Shown piece after piece: positions 26,282-38,297 of a DNA stretch of 64,000 bases (position 1 is the stretch's first letter; every line of letters begins with the position of its first letter). This DNA comes from an uncultured virus (IMG/VR IMGVR_UViG_3300042864_000556) (taxonomy: Duplodnaviria; Heunggongvirae; Uroviricota; Caudoviricetes), in the IMG/VR virus record IMGVR_UViG_3300042864_000556, one strand, 5' to 3'. Made by a program: the position numbers and the translations under genes. The notes below the pieces were generated by a model. It did not search any database and was not told the origin of the DNA. It saw only the letters and a program-made list of their open reading frames with translations.

Positions 26282-26508
26282 ATGTCTGCTTCTCCTTTTT
26301 TAATTTTAATCAATAAATCGCAAAAATCATTTTCAAGGTTAAACATTCCGTCTGCCTCCTTGCGTGTTAATTCTAGTTGAGTAACGCCACGAATATTGAC
26401 TACTGTTTTTAGGTAGTTTTGTCTTAATTCGCTCATTTGCATTTCTGCAATACCCAATGCTCGCTGTAATGTTTCAATTTCAGCGTGTGAAAGTTTAATG
26501 GTTCTCAT
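26278..26508 (-). CDS. Hypothetical protein
   Basis: Early-region ORF. Confidence 0.55.
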   Translation of the reverse strand: MRTIKLSHAEIETLQRALGIAEMQMSELRQNYLKTVVNIRGVTQLELTRKEADGMFNLENDFCDLLIKIKKGEADI

Positions 26509-26637
26509 GTTATTTTGATTTAAGTTTTGTTATTATTTTTTTAATGTATGCGAAAAAGTCTGTTAAGCACGCCTCTATTAGATAAATAAACGCAAAGCCT
26601 ATCATCACAAGGGCTAAGAGAAAAAAGTCAAGTACGC

Positions 26638-27096
26638 TCATAGTTGTTTATAGATTATAGACATTTTGTAATTATCGTCAATTTCGTTGTCTTTATAGAA
26701 GTTCTCTTTTTGCTTTATCAGACCTTTGACAAACTTCTCAACTTTGTGGTTTGGCATAGTGTATTCGCCACCCATAAAGCCCGTTACGATAATATCGGTA
26801 AACTTGCTAACTGTACCTTTATTTTTGATAGGTATGGGCTTAGGTTCGTCTTTAGCTGTGCTTACATAATCTTTAGAATATATAGGCGATTCGGGCATAA
26901 CGGTAACGACTGCCCCCATTGTCTGTGAAATCATTTGCTGTACGGCTTCACGTTTAGACTTAGAAAATACCCACCCTGCACCGTCTTTGAGGTGAGGGTT
27001 AAAACGCCCGCCTAGTTCCTTTAATTTGTCTTTGATTGGCTTAGTGTTGCCATAAACAGCGATAGCTTTTTCGCTGTATTCTACTATGTTTGTCAT
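26638..27096 (-). CDS. Conserved phage/MGE protein
   Basis: YSEKAIAVYGNTKPIKDKLKELGGRFNPHL..GWVF motif. Confidence 0.7.
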   Translation of the reverse strand: MTNIVEYSEKAIAVYGNTKPIKDKLKELGGRFNPHLKDGAGWVFSKSKREAVQQMISQTMGAVVTVMPESPIYSKDYVSTAKDEPKPIPIKNKGTVSKFTDIIVTGFMGGEYTMPNHKVEKFVKGLIKQKENFYKDNEIDDNYKMSIIYKQL

Positions 27097-28552
27097 TGTT
27101 TTATTGATTAAGTTTATTATTATAAGCTGTCACGATAGTTCTGTATGCGTATTGCTTTGCTTCACGGTGTTTGATTTTATTGCTATCATCATTTAGCCAG
27201 TCGAAGCATTCGCTATTGGTTGTAGGTACTTTAATGAATTTCCCCTTGTATGTAGCAGACAAATAATATTGTCCATACCCGTTTGCTCTTTGAATGTTTA
27301 ATTCAATTTTTCTAAATTTTGTCATGTTGTTATTGATTAATTGGTTATTAATTCTGTTTTTGTGCTGCATAAATATTCGCAAAACGTGCATCCATTGTTG
27401 ATAGTTTTTTTCGAGCCTCAAGTCTTGCTTTCCCTTCTGTTTCTGCTTCTACTATTATGTAGCTATATTTATCAATTGGTTCGGATGGGTACGCAAATAT
27501 TACTTTGTACTTGTTCATGTTGTTATTAATTAGTTGGTTAGTAATTATACATTAAAAGTTCAGCCTTAGTTTGTGCGCTTCTTTCACCGCTTATTAAATC
27601 GAGGTGCTTTTTAGATACTTCAAATATAAATTTACCATCTTGAAAAGCTTTTTTGTAATTGTTTTCACCTATTAGGTTTTCAATATCATCATCATAAAAT
27701 GCAAATGAGTTTAAATTTGCACGAATATTTCTCACCTTTTTGTTTCCTATCCAAATGTTATAATATTCGCCTTCGTTTGTTATTTCTACTATCATTTGTT
27801 AATGCCTATGCCTTTAGGTCTTATTTTGGTATCAAGCGCACCGTTGTTTGTTAATATCCAATTGTTATACCGTTTGGCTTGCAAAGTTCGTCTATTGTGG
27901 CTTGTATGCCTCCGCATTCCTTACTTGCGTAATTAATTATTTTAAAATCTTGCAGCCCTTCATTAAACTGTTTAAGCCTGTCAATATTGTAGCTAAAACA
28001 TGAACTGTTTTGATAGTCAAGTTGTTCGCAAATAGACTGTATTTCTGTTGTTAGTTTTTCAGTTTGCTTTGCTATTTTATTTTGCAATGCAATAATTTTT
28101 TTTTGTGCTGTCATTGTTTTATTGATTAAGGTTGTTTTAAAATAATACAGGTAAATCTTGATATTCTGAAACCGTTGGAAACCTATCAAAGTTTATTAGG
28201 CTTTTTTTAATGTGTTCGTGTGCTGCTTTTTCTGCCTCTTGAAAGTTTGGGCGTCTACTGCACAATATCCAACTATGTACAATTTCGTTTTTGTCTGTTA
28301 TTGCTGCAATTCTAAATTTCCAGCCTGTTTTTGTTTTTTTGTATTCTACTCTCATAACTTTATAAATTAAGGTAATGTAATGTTATTTGTTTCAGCCCAT
28401 TGAGTAACGATATACTCTGCCATTTCGTAGCATTCGCCCATTTCGCCCATGCCAAAATCATCGTTACTGTTTAAGATTGTTGAGGCAATAGACTGCACTA
28501 AGCTGTCGTATTGTTCGTTGGTTAATGTGTTCATTGTTTTGTTTATTAAATG

Positions 28553-29374
28553 TTAAATAAATACTGCATTTTTAGGGAATTGTGAATAGTATTCATGTAT
28601 GAACGTTTCCATGTCGTCTTCGGTGTCATACTCATTTGAATACATTTCGTGTAACATAAAACTGTTTGGGTGTTTAAACAACTTTGACCGTACTTTTTTG
28701 CGTTCCATTGTTTTTAGCAAACTTGTTATTACATTCATAGGCAAATGGTCTTGTAGTTCCATATTTAGTTTTTTCTTAATACGGTTGTGCAAAGCCTTGT
28801 CAATATCAATTATATTGTCTTTGTGGCTTTTAACATACTCTTTGTACCATTGCAAAGCCTCTTGTTTTGTCAAGTTCCTATATACTTGTATGTTCCTAAA
28901 CAGCCCTTCTGCAAACAGATAGTTTGGCAATATCTTTTTACGGAAATACGTCTCAATATCCAATTCTTGAAATGATTGATTAGAGCGCACATACCAACGA
29001 TTATACCCGCTTATTGGTTTAAATTCAGAGTTGCTTGCACATTCAATGTATATTCCAATAATATCAGCGCACATTCTAAGCCTTATGTTGCGTTCATATC
29101 CGTTCCAATACAAAGTGACTTTTGCGCCCCTATGTGTGCTTTCATAGTTGTATTCGTTTGGCAACTGCATGATTTCATAAAACTTATTCATTGCAGCACC
29201 ATACAACCAATTCCCTATTTGTGAAAGCCTATCAATGCGCCCGCTTCGGTTAAATTCGTAGTACCTATGCCTCCAATGATTTTCATACCTATATTTGTCT
29301 TGACTTAATTCAAGGTACATTTGAATTGTTGGGTCTTGCCCTAACAATTGATTGACTCCGTTAATGCTTCTCAT
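28553..29374 (-). CDS. Hypothetical early protein
   Basis: 273-aa ORF with A-rich start region. Confidence 0.6.
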   Translation of the reverse strand: MRSINGVNQLLGQDPTIQMYLELSQDKYRYENHWRHRYYEFNRSGRIDRLSQIGNWLYGAAMNKFYEIMQLPNEYNYESTHRGAKVTLYWNGYERNIRLRMCADIIGIYIECASNSEFKPISGYNRWYVRSNQSFQELDIETYFRKKILPNYLFAEGLFRNIQVYRNLTKQEALQWYKEYVKSHKDNIIDIDKALHNRIKKKLNMELQDHLPMNVITSLLKTMERKKVRSKLFKHPNSFMLHEMYSNEYDTEDDMETFIHEYYSQFPKNAVFI

Positions 29375-29400
29375 TGTTTTAGTTATTAAGTGTTAAATGT

Positions 29401-29706
29401 TTATTCTTTGCTCATATCCCTATCATGTAACGGTATAGGGTATTGATTTAATTCGTTTACCCTACTATCTGATGAAGTTATAAAAGTCCCTCCAAAAGCA
29501 TAATAGCCTTTTTCAAACGGTTCAGCGTGTATATATTCTTTGCCGTATATTTTACGCCTCACAATTCGCACGGGAGGACTGTCTTCGCTTGCCTCAAATA
29601 TAGGGGCAATTTGTTCGTCTATAATTGTAACGCTGTTTTTGCCGTACATTACATTGATTTTGCTGTCGTATTGACTGCGGTAGATGCTTGCTGTTAATCC
29701 TTTCAT
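29401..29706 (-). CDS. Hypothetical phage protein
   Basis: FGGTFITSSDSR...PIPLHDR motif. Confidence 0.65.
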   Translation of the reverse strand: MKGLTASIYRSQYDSKINVMYGKNSVTIIDEQIAPIFEASEDSPPVRIVRRKIYGKEYIHAEPFEKGYYAFGGTFITSSDSRVNELNQYPIPLHDRDMSKE

Positions 29707-29952
29707 GTTATTAATAATTAAATTCTCTTTTTAATTGACTGCCTTCAAACAATTGGTCAAGTGCTTTTTTACTTAGCTTTTGCGGTTTATTATTCCAGAA
29801 ATGGAATATTTTGAAATATCCTTGATGCGTGTCTAAATATTTAACCACTTCATTGAGTTGCTCAATGTTGCAAAATGCTTGTTTGCCTACGCTTGTGACT
29901 ACATGGTAGACACTTAAATTGTTGTTTATTGTTGTATTCATGTTTTTGTTTA

Positions 29953-30597
29953 TTATGCCCAAAGGCGTTTTGCTAAATTTAAATTTGTTTCTGCGTTTTT
30001 TACTTCTTTGTTAGCATATTGCAGGCTCATTCCGTGCGGTCTTTTGTCTGGGTTGTCCTTCAAATATGCGTGCTTTTCTTTTGCTTCCTCTAGTTTGTAT
30101 TCCCACAACTCTATACTTTCGGGCATTGACAAATTAACTTCTTCCGCCTTTGCCTCCCAATATTCCGCCCGTTCTGCATATTCTGCTACTTTTTTACTTT
30201 CTTCTACACTTTTGCTCATTCTATTCCAATTGCGTTCAATCAATGCCCTGTGTCTTTTTTCGCTGTGATGTCCTATTTTTATAGGTTCGCCCAATGCTAA
30301 AAAGTCTTTGCCCTCGTTGCTTGCATTATAGTATGCATTGCTTCGCCTTTCTGCATTTGCTGCCCATCCTTGTAGCCTTTCCGCTTTTGCTTTTGCACGT
30401 TCTTGACAATTGTAACCATCAGCCCGCACAATGGAATAATAAAAATTTCCTTCCTTGTCTTTGCCTACACAATTAAAAACGGTGCATTCGTGTTCTTTGC
30501 CGTATTTAGTGGTTAATGTGATTGTTTCGCCTTTTTCGTGTTGCTCGGTGCATTTTGCTACAAATACATTTGCAGCGAATTTGTGATATGTGTTCAT
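29953..30597 (-). CDS. DUF3560-like protein
   Basis: LGEPIKIGHHSEKRHRALIER motif. Confidence 0.8.
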   Translation of the reverse strand: MNTYHKFAANVFVAKCTEQHEKGETITLTTKYGKEHECTVFNCVGKDKEGNFYYSIVRADGYNCQERAKAKAERLQGWAANAERRSNAYYNASNEGKDFLALGEPIKIGHHSEKRHRALIERNWNRMSKSVEESKKVAEYAERAEYWEAKAEEVNLSMPESIELWEYKLEEAKEKHAYLKDNPDKRPHGMSLQYANKEVKNAETNLNLAKRLWA

Positions 30598-30621
30598 ATT
30601 AGTATATATTAAGTGGTTATA

Positions 30622-31035
30622 TTAATTTCCTGTTGCTTTGCACCATTTCAAATGCTTTTTGTGTTCTATTCTATACAGTCGCTCTATTGTTGCTCGGTCA
30701 ACTTCTGGGAACATATCAGCAACAACAGACCAATCCCCCGTATAAAAACATTCATGGTTCGCAAATTCATAGGCTATTTGTTTAAGTCTTAAATTATTTG
30801 CTTTTACCGCTTTTTGGTAGGCTTTTCTATTTGCTTCTAATCCGTTTAGTAGTTTATCTAAATTACCCTTTGGAACATATCCACCGCCTAAAATAGATAC
30901 ATACTTTTCACCTTCTTTTAATGGTGTTTTGTTCTCGGCAAATTGCTCGTTTGAGAATGCGAAAAAAAGCCCGCACTCTTCAAATAGAATGCTGTTTGCT
31001 TGCTCTTGTTGTTGTTTTAATTCGTGTAAGTCCAT
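30622..31035 (-). CDS. Hypothetical early protein
   Basis: FFAFSNEQF...YEFANHEC motif. Confidence 0.65.
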   Translation of the reverse strand: MDLHELKQQQEQANSILFEECGLFFAFSNEQFAENKTPLKEGEKYVSILGGGYVPKGNLDKLLNGLEANRKAYQKAVKANNLRLKQIAYEFANHECFYTGDWSVVADMFPEVDRATIERLYRIEHKKHLKWCKATGN

Positions 31036-31447
31036 GATTAAATTAATTAAGGTTATTTGTAATTATTAAATTGGTTATCGTTATACTCGTCTATTGCCTC
31101 AAATAGACTTAAAATTGCTTTGTTCGTGCAGTATATAAATACTGCTGTGAAAATGATTATTGTCATTGCTTTAGTTGTTTAAAATTCGTTTATTAAATAC
31201 CTTTCCGCATCCACTAAGTCCATGTAGTGTTGACCTTTAGCATCCTCTTGTAACATTCTACAATATTGCAAAGGACTTGACATTGTGCTTTTATGGCACT
31301 TTTCAACTATCTTTTGAACGCTAGGCGACAACTCGTTAAAATCGTCAAAAATAAAGCCGTGTGGCGTTCCGTCTTGTGTGAATCCGCATTTTTCATACGT
31401 TTCAGTAAATTCATCATTTGTGTACATTGTTTTGTTTATTTAGTGGT

Positions 31448-32092
31448 TTAAAATCTGTTTCCTTCTGCTGTAAACTCGTATTCGTTGGCTTCGATAGTTT
31501 CGCTTATATATTCGTCACTGTTTACCCAATCTTCATTACTGTTAAATACTTTTGTAATAGCGTATTCAATTTCACTTATTAAGTCTGCAAAGGTTGTTGA
31601 CTTGTTAGGATGTTTTAAAAAGTCGTAAACTGGTTGTAAAATGTCATTGTCAAAACAAACTCCCGTTAACGGACAACTGTTGTCAAATTGAATATTTGAG
31701 TAAATAAAATTGCTACTGTTTACTCTTGCCCCTTTGCTCATATCAAAAAAGTGAGTTTTGCTCATTGGGTGTTTTATTACTTTGTTGTCGCCTATTGCTT
31801 TCAAGTATTTGCGTTTATATAAACCGCTCCAGTAATTGTTTATAATATACTTATATAGCCTTATCCCTCTCAATTCAAGTATATTATCATCAATGTGTGA
31901 TGTTCTTATGTCATCCCATTGTTTGCCCGTTTTAAAATTAAATAATTCGCACATTTTTTCTACTGAAGCAATTATTTCATGTGCCCAAATGTGTGCATCA
32001 TCGCTCCCGTTTCTGTACCAATTAATTGCTTTTTGTTTTGCGTCTTCGTTTAATTCGTTGAATTTGTAGACTTTTGTTCTTACTGTTCTCAT
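31448..32092 (-). CDS. Hypothetical early protein
   Basis: VYKFNELNEDAKQKAI...CPLTGVC...EANEYEFTAEG. Confidence 0.7.
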   Translation of the reverse strand: MRTVRTKVYKFNELNEDAKQKAINWYRNGSDDAHIWAHEIIASVEKMCELFNFKTGKQWDDIRTSHIDDNILELRGIRLYKYIINNYWSGLYKRKYLKAIGDNKVIKHPMSKTHFFDMSKGARVNSSNFIYSNIQFDNSCPLTGVCFDNDILQPVYDFLKHPNKSTTFADLISEIEYAITKVFNSNEDWVNSDEYISETIEANEYEFTAEGNRF

Positions 32093-32798
32093 TTTTTTTA
32101 CGTCTTGTTTCGGTAGCGTCTAACCGTTGTTAATTGTTAAAGTTTATTTAGTTGTTATTAGATAAAAATATCTTAGCGGGCAAAGTTAGTCATGAACTTG
32201 TTTTGCACGTTTCTAAAAACGCTCTTTGCCCTTTTTAGCTTGTTTTATAGTTGCTCAGCTATTAATCAGGTACTTTATACAGTGCAGCCAATTTAATCGG
32301 CACATACTGAACTATAAATAAATAGTATTTCATTTTGTACATTTTTTACCTTATTCAGACTAAAGCATATTTAAAGCCTGTATAAATTTAGTTTCGTGTA
32401 AAATTGTTTGATTGTTGCATACCCGTTAATGCTTATTTGCGCAGAATCTCGGCACATTAACCCCCTTTTATGCAATATTGACAAAACCTTATTAAAGTCA
32501 ATAGATTAATGTATGAGTATAACATTGCTAATGTATTTCATACATATTTTTTAAAGGTATAGTAAAAATATATTTTACCTTTCAAAGAACTAACAAACTA
32601 CACACAAAACAAACCAATTAACTAGAAAAAATACAAAAAACTTGATGATAGTATTTTTATTTGTTAACCTGTAATTAAATACAGATTTGCGTAAAATGTA
32701 ATAAGTCAAAAAACAATTGTCCAGCTCATCAGTGTACATTTAAGGACTATGTACAGACAGGAATATATATAATATCCCCCGTTTCGAAAGGTTTGTAA

Positions 32799-33161
32799 TT
32801 AGTATTTAATAGTCACAATATCAGAAAGCTCACAAATAGCAGCGCTCAAAGGTTTAGGACTGTTTATAGCTGTTTTGGCTTTCAATACTATTTGCAGTAT
32901 ACTTTCACTGTTCGCCTGTTCACTGTCAATTAATACCTTTCCATTGACTTTTATAACTAATGAAAACGGTTTGTAATAGCTGAAAGGTTTTTTAACTGTG
33001 AAACCTGAGTTTTTTAAACTTTCAACTTTAGTATGTAATTTGTGTAACATACCCGAAAAAGCTAAAGCAGTTTTTTGTAGGCTTACTTCTTTTTTAGTTT
33101 CGATAGTTTGTGTAATTACAGTGTCACCTTGTGATACTGTAAATTGAATTGTGTTTGTCAT
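32799..33161 (-). CDS. First gene of the leftward early block
   Basis: Preceded by TACTTTTGTATCGTTAAACAATT promoter-like sequence. Confidence 0.55.
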   Translation of the reverse strand: MTNTIQFTVSQGDTVITQTIETKKEVSLQKTALAFSGMLHKLHTKVESLKNSGFTVKKPFSYYKPFSLVIKVNGKVLIDSEQANSESILQIVLKAKTAINSPKPLSAAICELSDIVTIKY

Positions 33162-33663
33162 ATTGTTTTTTTTAATTGTTTAACGATACAAAAGTATATA
33201 CCACGATTGAATAAATGTGTACACTAAAATAGACACGAAAAAATACTTTGCTAACTTGCTGATAATCAATACCATTATTTTTAGAAATACTTTATTTAGA
33301 ATTATTCTACTTTATTTTAGTCAGTTTTTTACTTGTTTTTGAGGCGTTTTTTATTAAAATTGATTGGTTGATTAGGTGATTATCAGCACTTTGCGATACT
33401 TAACTTAAACCTTTACTTTAACTTTATGCAGTTAACAACAAAAATATATAGAATATTCAAACAGAACAGAGCAGAACAACTGTCCACTTTAGTAGACGCA
33501 TTATCATTTAACATAAAGTCAGTTATAAGAACTTCGATTTTTGTTTCAGTCAGTTAAGATAGGAGCAGCACAACCAACAAGCCAAAACTTTTTACCCCGC
33601 CATAGGGTCGATAGGGGGTGGCTCTTTTTTACACAAACCGTTCAGCATAAATTGGGCGGTATA

Positions 33664-33705
33664 ACCACCTATGTGTACACTACATATACCACCTATGTGT
33701 ACACT
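33664..33705. repeat. Direct repeat ACCACCTATGTGTACACT x2
   Basis: Two copies, 24-nt period, in the non-coding strand-switch region. Confidence 0.7.
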
Positions 33706-34161
33706 GTATATATTAAAAGCAAGCCACGTTGTTTGTTAAGTTACGCACCTAATAACAAGCATACCTATTTTTACCTACCATATCTTCGATTTAAGCCACT
33801 TTAACAATTTCTAAGTAGATTGTATGGTTTAACTAAGATAATGGCTATATACGCAACTATACGCTACGATACGATAGTGATACGATTATGGGTGTTGTTT
33901 TGGTTATAAGAATTAGGCATAATTACTAAGATATAACCACTTATGAACGATTATGATATAAACGAGTGGGTTAAAGCTATGTTATTCAATTAGTTGCATG
34001 AAATATTTATAATTGGGTGAATGATAACTATATTGGTGGTCACCTATATAGTACTCATTGAGTGGATTATAATTTGGAATAGGTTATAATATGCATTAAT
34101 TATAAAATAATGTTGGTTTATAATTTGCATTGTATTATAAAAGTAGTATCTTTGTGTCGTT

Positions 34162-34683
34162 ATGGAAAGTAAAAGGTTTAATTCTCGGTTAAAGATAAGT
34201 GGAGTTACTAAGAAGGAGTACTTGGATAAGAGTACTGGTGAGTTGTTGGGCAAGCATGATATGTTGGATTGGACTGTGAGGGTAGATAGTAGTTCGTTTT
34301 TGTTTTTATATAAGAGGTTGTTGTCTGAACTAAAGGTTATCGGTGAGTCTGACTTAAAGGTGTTTTTGGCTTTATGCTTTAGTGTAGGGTTTAACGATTC
34401 TAAGATTATTATTAATAAGGACTTCATTAATGGGATAATGGAAAGTTTGGGTTATACTGAGGGGACTGTAAGGAATTGCGTGTCGTCTTTGAGCAAAGGT
34501 AACTTGTTAATCAAAAGTAATAAGTCAAGGGGTGTGTATTCTATTAACCCTGAGTTTGCTTGGATAGGTGATAGGGCAACAAGACCTAAAGCATTAAAGA
34601 TACTGTTAATGGAAGAACTAGAAATGGATGAGGGTGTGATAGATTTTAGCAATGGTAAATTTGACGATGTAGAATTAGACTAA
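34162..34683 (+). CDS. RepL-like winged-helix protein
   Basis: DKSTGE...TVRNCVSSLSK...RGVYSINPEFAWIG. Confidence 0.65.
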   Translation: MESKRFNSRLKISGVTKKEYLDKSTGELLGKHDMLDWTVRVDSSSFLFLYKRLLSELKVIGESDLKVFLALCFSVGFNDSKIIINKDFINGIMESLGYTEGTVRNCVSSLSKGNLLIKSNKSRGVYSINPEFAWIGDRATRPKALKILLMEELEMDEGVIDFSNGKFDDVELD

Positions 34684-34684
34684 T

Positions 34685-34918
34685 ATGATAACAAGTTACG
34701 AAATACTAAATAAGATAACACACATAGCGCAAGGCAAGCTAATGTATAGGATAATAGGCTTGGGTATGGGTGGTATGTTTTTTTGCAATAAAGAATCGGT
34801 TAAAGCTATTGCCGATGATATGGGTGTAAGTAGTGCTTACATAACTAAGATGTTAAAAGAGTTGGTAGATATTGGGGTGTTAAAAAGGGGTTGTAAAGGA
34901 GTTTATATATTAGCATGA
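34685..34918 (+). CDS. Small wHTH protein
   Basis: IADDMGVSSAYITKMLKELVDIGVLKR. Confidence 0.6.
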   Translation: MITSYEILNKITHIAQGKLMYRIIGLGMGGMFFCNKESVKAIADDMGVSSAYITKMLKELVDIGVLKRGCKGVYILA

Positions 34919-34922
34919 AAAT

Positions 34923-35321
34923 ATGCCAATAGATTATAAGTTATATCCGCCAAATTGGAAAACCGAAATACGACCTGCAATAATGGAACGTGCTAAACAT
35001 TGCTGTGAGTTTTGCAAAGTGTCAAATTATAAATTAATACTTCGTGGAACTTGGAATGGAACGGAATGCTATCAAGATGATGATGGCACTATTTACGATG
35101 CAAATACAAGCGAAGTAATAGGAAGCGATTATGTTGGTGAAGTTCATCAAACAAACAAACTTATAAAAATTGTTTTAACAATTGCACACTTAGACCACAA
35201 TGTAAATAATAATGATTTTTCAAATTTAAAGGCACTATGTCAGAGGTGTCACAACAGACACGATATTGAACATAGGAAGAAAAACAAGAATAAAAATAAA
35301 GGCGTTTTAAAACTTTTTTAA
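34923..35321 (+). CDS. HNH endonuclease-like protein
   Basis: YPPNW, CEFC, LTIAHLDH...NLKALCQRCHNRHD. Confidence 0.8.
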   Translation: MPIDYKLYPPNWKTEIRPAIMERAKHCCEFCKVSNYKLILRGTWNGTECYQDDDGTIYDANTSEVIGSDYVGEVHQTNKLIKIVLTIAHLDHNVNNNDFSNLKALCQRCHNRHDIEHRKKNKNKNKGVLKLF

Positions 35322-35497
35322 CATGGAAAAGATAAGAAAATATAATAAAAACAGGATTAAACATTATGTTGGCATAACAAAAAATTTTCAGGGTTTTGGA
35401 TTTATAATGTCTACTGCTAATCCATATTGGATAAACAAATATTTTTTATTTGAAATTCGCTTCTTATGGTTTAAAACATGGATTACTTATGACCTAA

Positions 35498-35767
35498 GTG
35501 AAAATGAATAAAACCTTTAATAATTTAAACATGAAAACAAGCATAGAATTACAACTCATTGATGCCAACTGCAACGACTGCAAGCACATGAAAAGGGATT
35601 TAGATAGGCTAAATCTTCACCGCAAATCATACGAGGGTACTGGGTTAATGGATGGGTTACAGTTTGGCAAATGCGAAAAGCTAAACAAAGACATTTCATT
35701 CATCCCTAACACCTGCCAATTAGATACACAAGAATGTTTTGAACACAGGAAACTTAATAAACAGTAA
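35498..35767 (+). CDS. Cys-rich hypothetical protein
   Basis: CNDC...C...C...C. Confidence 0.55.
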   Translation: MKMNKTFNNLNMKTSIELQLIDANCNDCKHMKRDLDRLNLHRKSYEGTGLMDGLQFGKCEKLNKDISFIPNTCQLDTQECFEHRKLNKQ

Positions 35768-36145
35768 AAATAGATACGGTTGACAGTAAACAGTAAACAG
35801 TAAACATACATGAAAACATACACAATGTACTTTGAGTTCTACGGGCGCAAGATGAAAACTAAAGTAGTAGCTGAATCTGTTGGCGAAGCTAAAAGTTTGG
35901 TCTTGTCTAAAGTTAAGTTCTTAAAAGTAGAAGATACCGAAGATGCAATGCTTCGAGAGTTTGGCGATTTATTTAAAGATACACCATTTGAAGATTTACT
36001 AAAATGAAAGAAAAACTAGACAGTAGCTTAAAAGCGTATTACAACGGACATCTTAGCCACGATTACCTAATGGGCAGCATAGACTATATGTGTAGCCAAA
36101 AAATGTTTAACGCCTTTTTAATGGGGGTTGTTATTGGTGGGCTTG

Positions 36146-36751
36146 TTAGTATTGGAATTTGTCTGTATTTTCTATCCACTTAGGGGCGTGTTCTACTGAG
36201 GGGATTTCCCTATCCACCCTCCAATTAGAAGCGTTACCATTGTTAGAGCTGCGTTCTTCATTACAGAAATTGGTGTCATGCCATTTTACAATCCTATTGT
36301 TAGGTTGTGCTAATAAATAGCCGTCATCAGCCTTTAGTATATGGGCGCACTTATAATCGTAAGCATTGTCTGAATAAGGATTGTCGTACCAATCAACCGT
36401 GAATAAGTAGGTAGCTTGAATTATCGAGTTATCCTTGAGTAAAACTTGACATTTTCTATTCTTTAAATAATCGTATTGTATGACTGTAACATTCTCCGAG
36501 AAGCTGTCCCATAGCTGTTTGTAGTGGTATGGAATATTTTTAGGCGTGTCTAAAAATAGGTACAATTCTGATAGCGGAACTCTTGACCTAACTGCTCCGT
36601 AAGTGGTGATTATGTGAAAGGTTAACATCTTGCCTGATACAGACTGTATTCCAAACACATAACACTCTTGACGTGATGTGTCTGCATTGTCTTTGGTTAA
36701 CCAAGAAGTGTTAACGTATGCAGCGAAAGAAGGTATGTTAGCGTTTAGCAT
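36146..36751 (-). CDS. Conserved phage hypothetical protein
   Basis: LNANIP...QLWDSFS...YLFTVDW...QPNNR. Confidence 0.65.
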   Translation of the reverse strand: MLNANIPSFAAYVNTSWLTKDNADTSRQECYVFGIQSVSGKMLTFHIITTYGAVRSRVPLSELYLFLDTPKNIPYHYKQLWDSFSENVTVIQYDYLKNRKCQVLLKDNSIIQATYLFTVDWYDNPYSDNAYDYKCAHILKADDGYLLAQPNNRIVKWHDTNFCNEERSSNNGNASNWRVDREIPSVEHAPKWIENTDKFQY

Positions 36752-36755
36752 AATA

Positions 36756-37274
36756 TTAGAAGTTATTGATATACTTTATTTTACTCATGTCTAATATTCC
36801 CCCTTGCATTTGAGTATCTAACTGCGTTTGTATTTCGGTTAGGAAGGATTCCATTTCAGCTTTAGGTGGCAAGTACCCTCTTGAACAGTTTGCTATAAGC
36901 ATATTAATATAACCGCTTCTTATCTTTTCAATATGCTTACCCGTTCTCATGTAGTGGTATGCAGCCCAAACGGAAGGGCTTCTATTTGCACCCGCATGGC
37001 AATGTAGGTAAACTGTTTTGTTTTGCTTCTCCGCTTCGTAAATAACTACCATTGCACCGTATATTGAGTTTAACCCAATATCTCTTTTGCACTCATTCAT
37101 TGGAAACCAATAGGTATTACACCCCGAAGATTTTAGCTTTTGCTCTACATCAAAGTAAAACTCATCAGAAACGTTTATTACAACATCATACTTTGACGCA
37201 TCAAAATGTTCGTTCTGTGTAATTGGAAACATTCCAACAACTAACTTTTTATCAAACCATTCTTTAAACTTCAT
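36756..37274 (-). CDS. Dual-specificity/tyrosine phosphatase family protein
   Basis: VYLHCHAGANRS (HCx5R). Confidence 0.8.
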   Translation of the reverse strand: MKFKEWFDKKLVVGMFPITQNEHFDASKYDVVINVSDEFYFDVEQKLKSSGCNTYWFPMNECKRDIGLNSIYGAMVVIYEAEKQNKTVYLHCHAGANRSPSVWAAYHYMRTGKHIEKIRSGYINMLIANCSRGYLPPKAEMESFLTEIQTQLDTQMQGGILDMSKIKYINNF

Positions 37275-38297
37275 ATTAGTTTTTTTTAAGAGAACTGACC
37301 TTTAATAGTGAACTCCTCCACTTGATATTGCTTGAATGAACTTATAGCGTCTTCAATTGACATACAATACCACTCAACCCATTGCATAGACACAATCCTG
37401 TCTTCACCATGAATATTACACTTCCATTGGTTAAATCCTAAAAATTGGGTTTTCCTTAACTTCACTTTAATCTTAATCGGTGTAACTGCACGGCTGCTAA
37501 TATTTGCCGTAATTGTTTTATCTTCCATATTAGTTTTTCTTACTTGTGGTGTGGTATGCGTTGCACTCTGAACAAAAGCACACCCTTTTTTCTTTTCTTT
37601 TAAAATTATTTTGGCTTTGCTTTTGAGCCTTAGCAACTATCATCATCGCTGTTATTTTATCTAAGTTGCTCTTGTTACACATAAGCGTTATTTATTATTT
37701 TTAATACAGTTAATTATACGCCTTTTAAATACACAATACCTTAGCAGTATTTTGTTTTTTATAATGTAGTAACGCTTGTATTTCTTTAGCCTACGAACTT
37801 TATCGTGAACTTTCGACACGGGTGCGTCTTTTATAAGGTCTGCAAACTTTATAATATATACTATGGATTAATTTTTAAAGGCTTAACAAAATGAAACCCA
37901 TCACAATATTTAACCACAACAGTATCACCAACATTTAAGATACTGTAATACCCGTAAGACACTTCGCTGTCAAACCCTGTGTTTGTTGCTATTTTATATA
38001 TAGTTTTTCTGATTTCGGGAAAATCCTTACTAAACTTAGCTACTACTATTTCATTGCTTGTATAGCACGGTTTTTCATTTATACAACAAGATACAAAAAG
38101 TAAAACCATAAACGCATATTTAATCATATTTATTTTGTGCAAACTACCCGTTGCACATGGGTTAAAAATTAAACGTAATCCTAACAATATATTGCGTAAC
38201 TCGGCTAGACGACACAGCATTACAGCTTCTCCCACTTAGCTTTACTTCTGATACTGCGGCTAAAACCACAGCAAAAAGTACCGAATCAACGCAAGTC

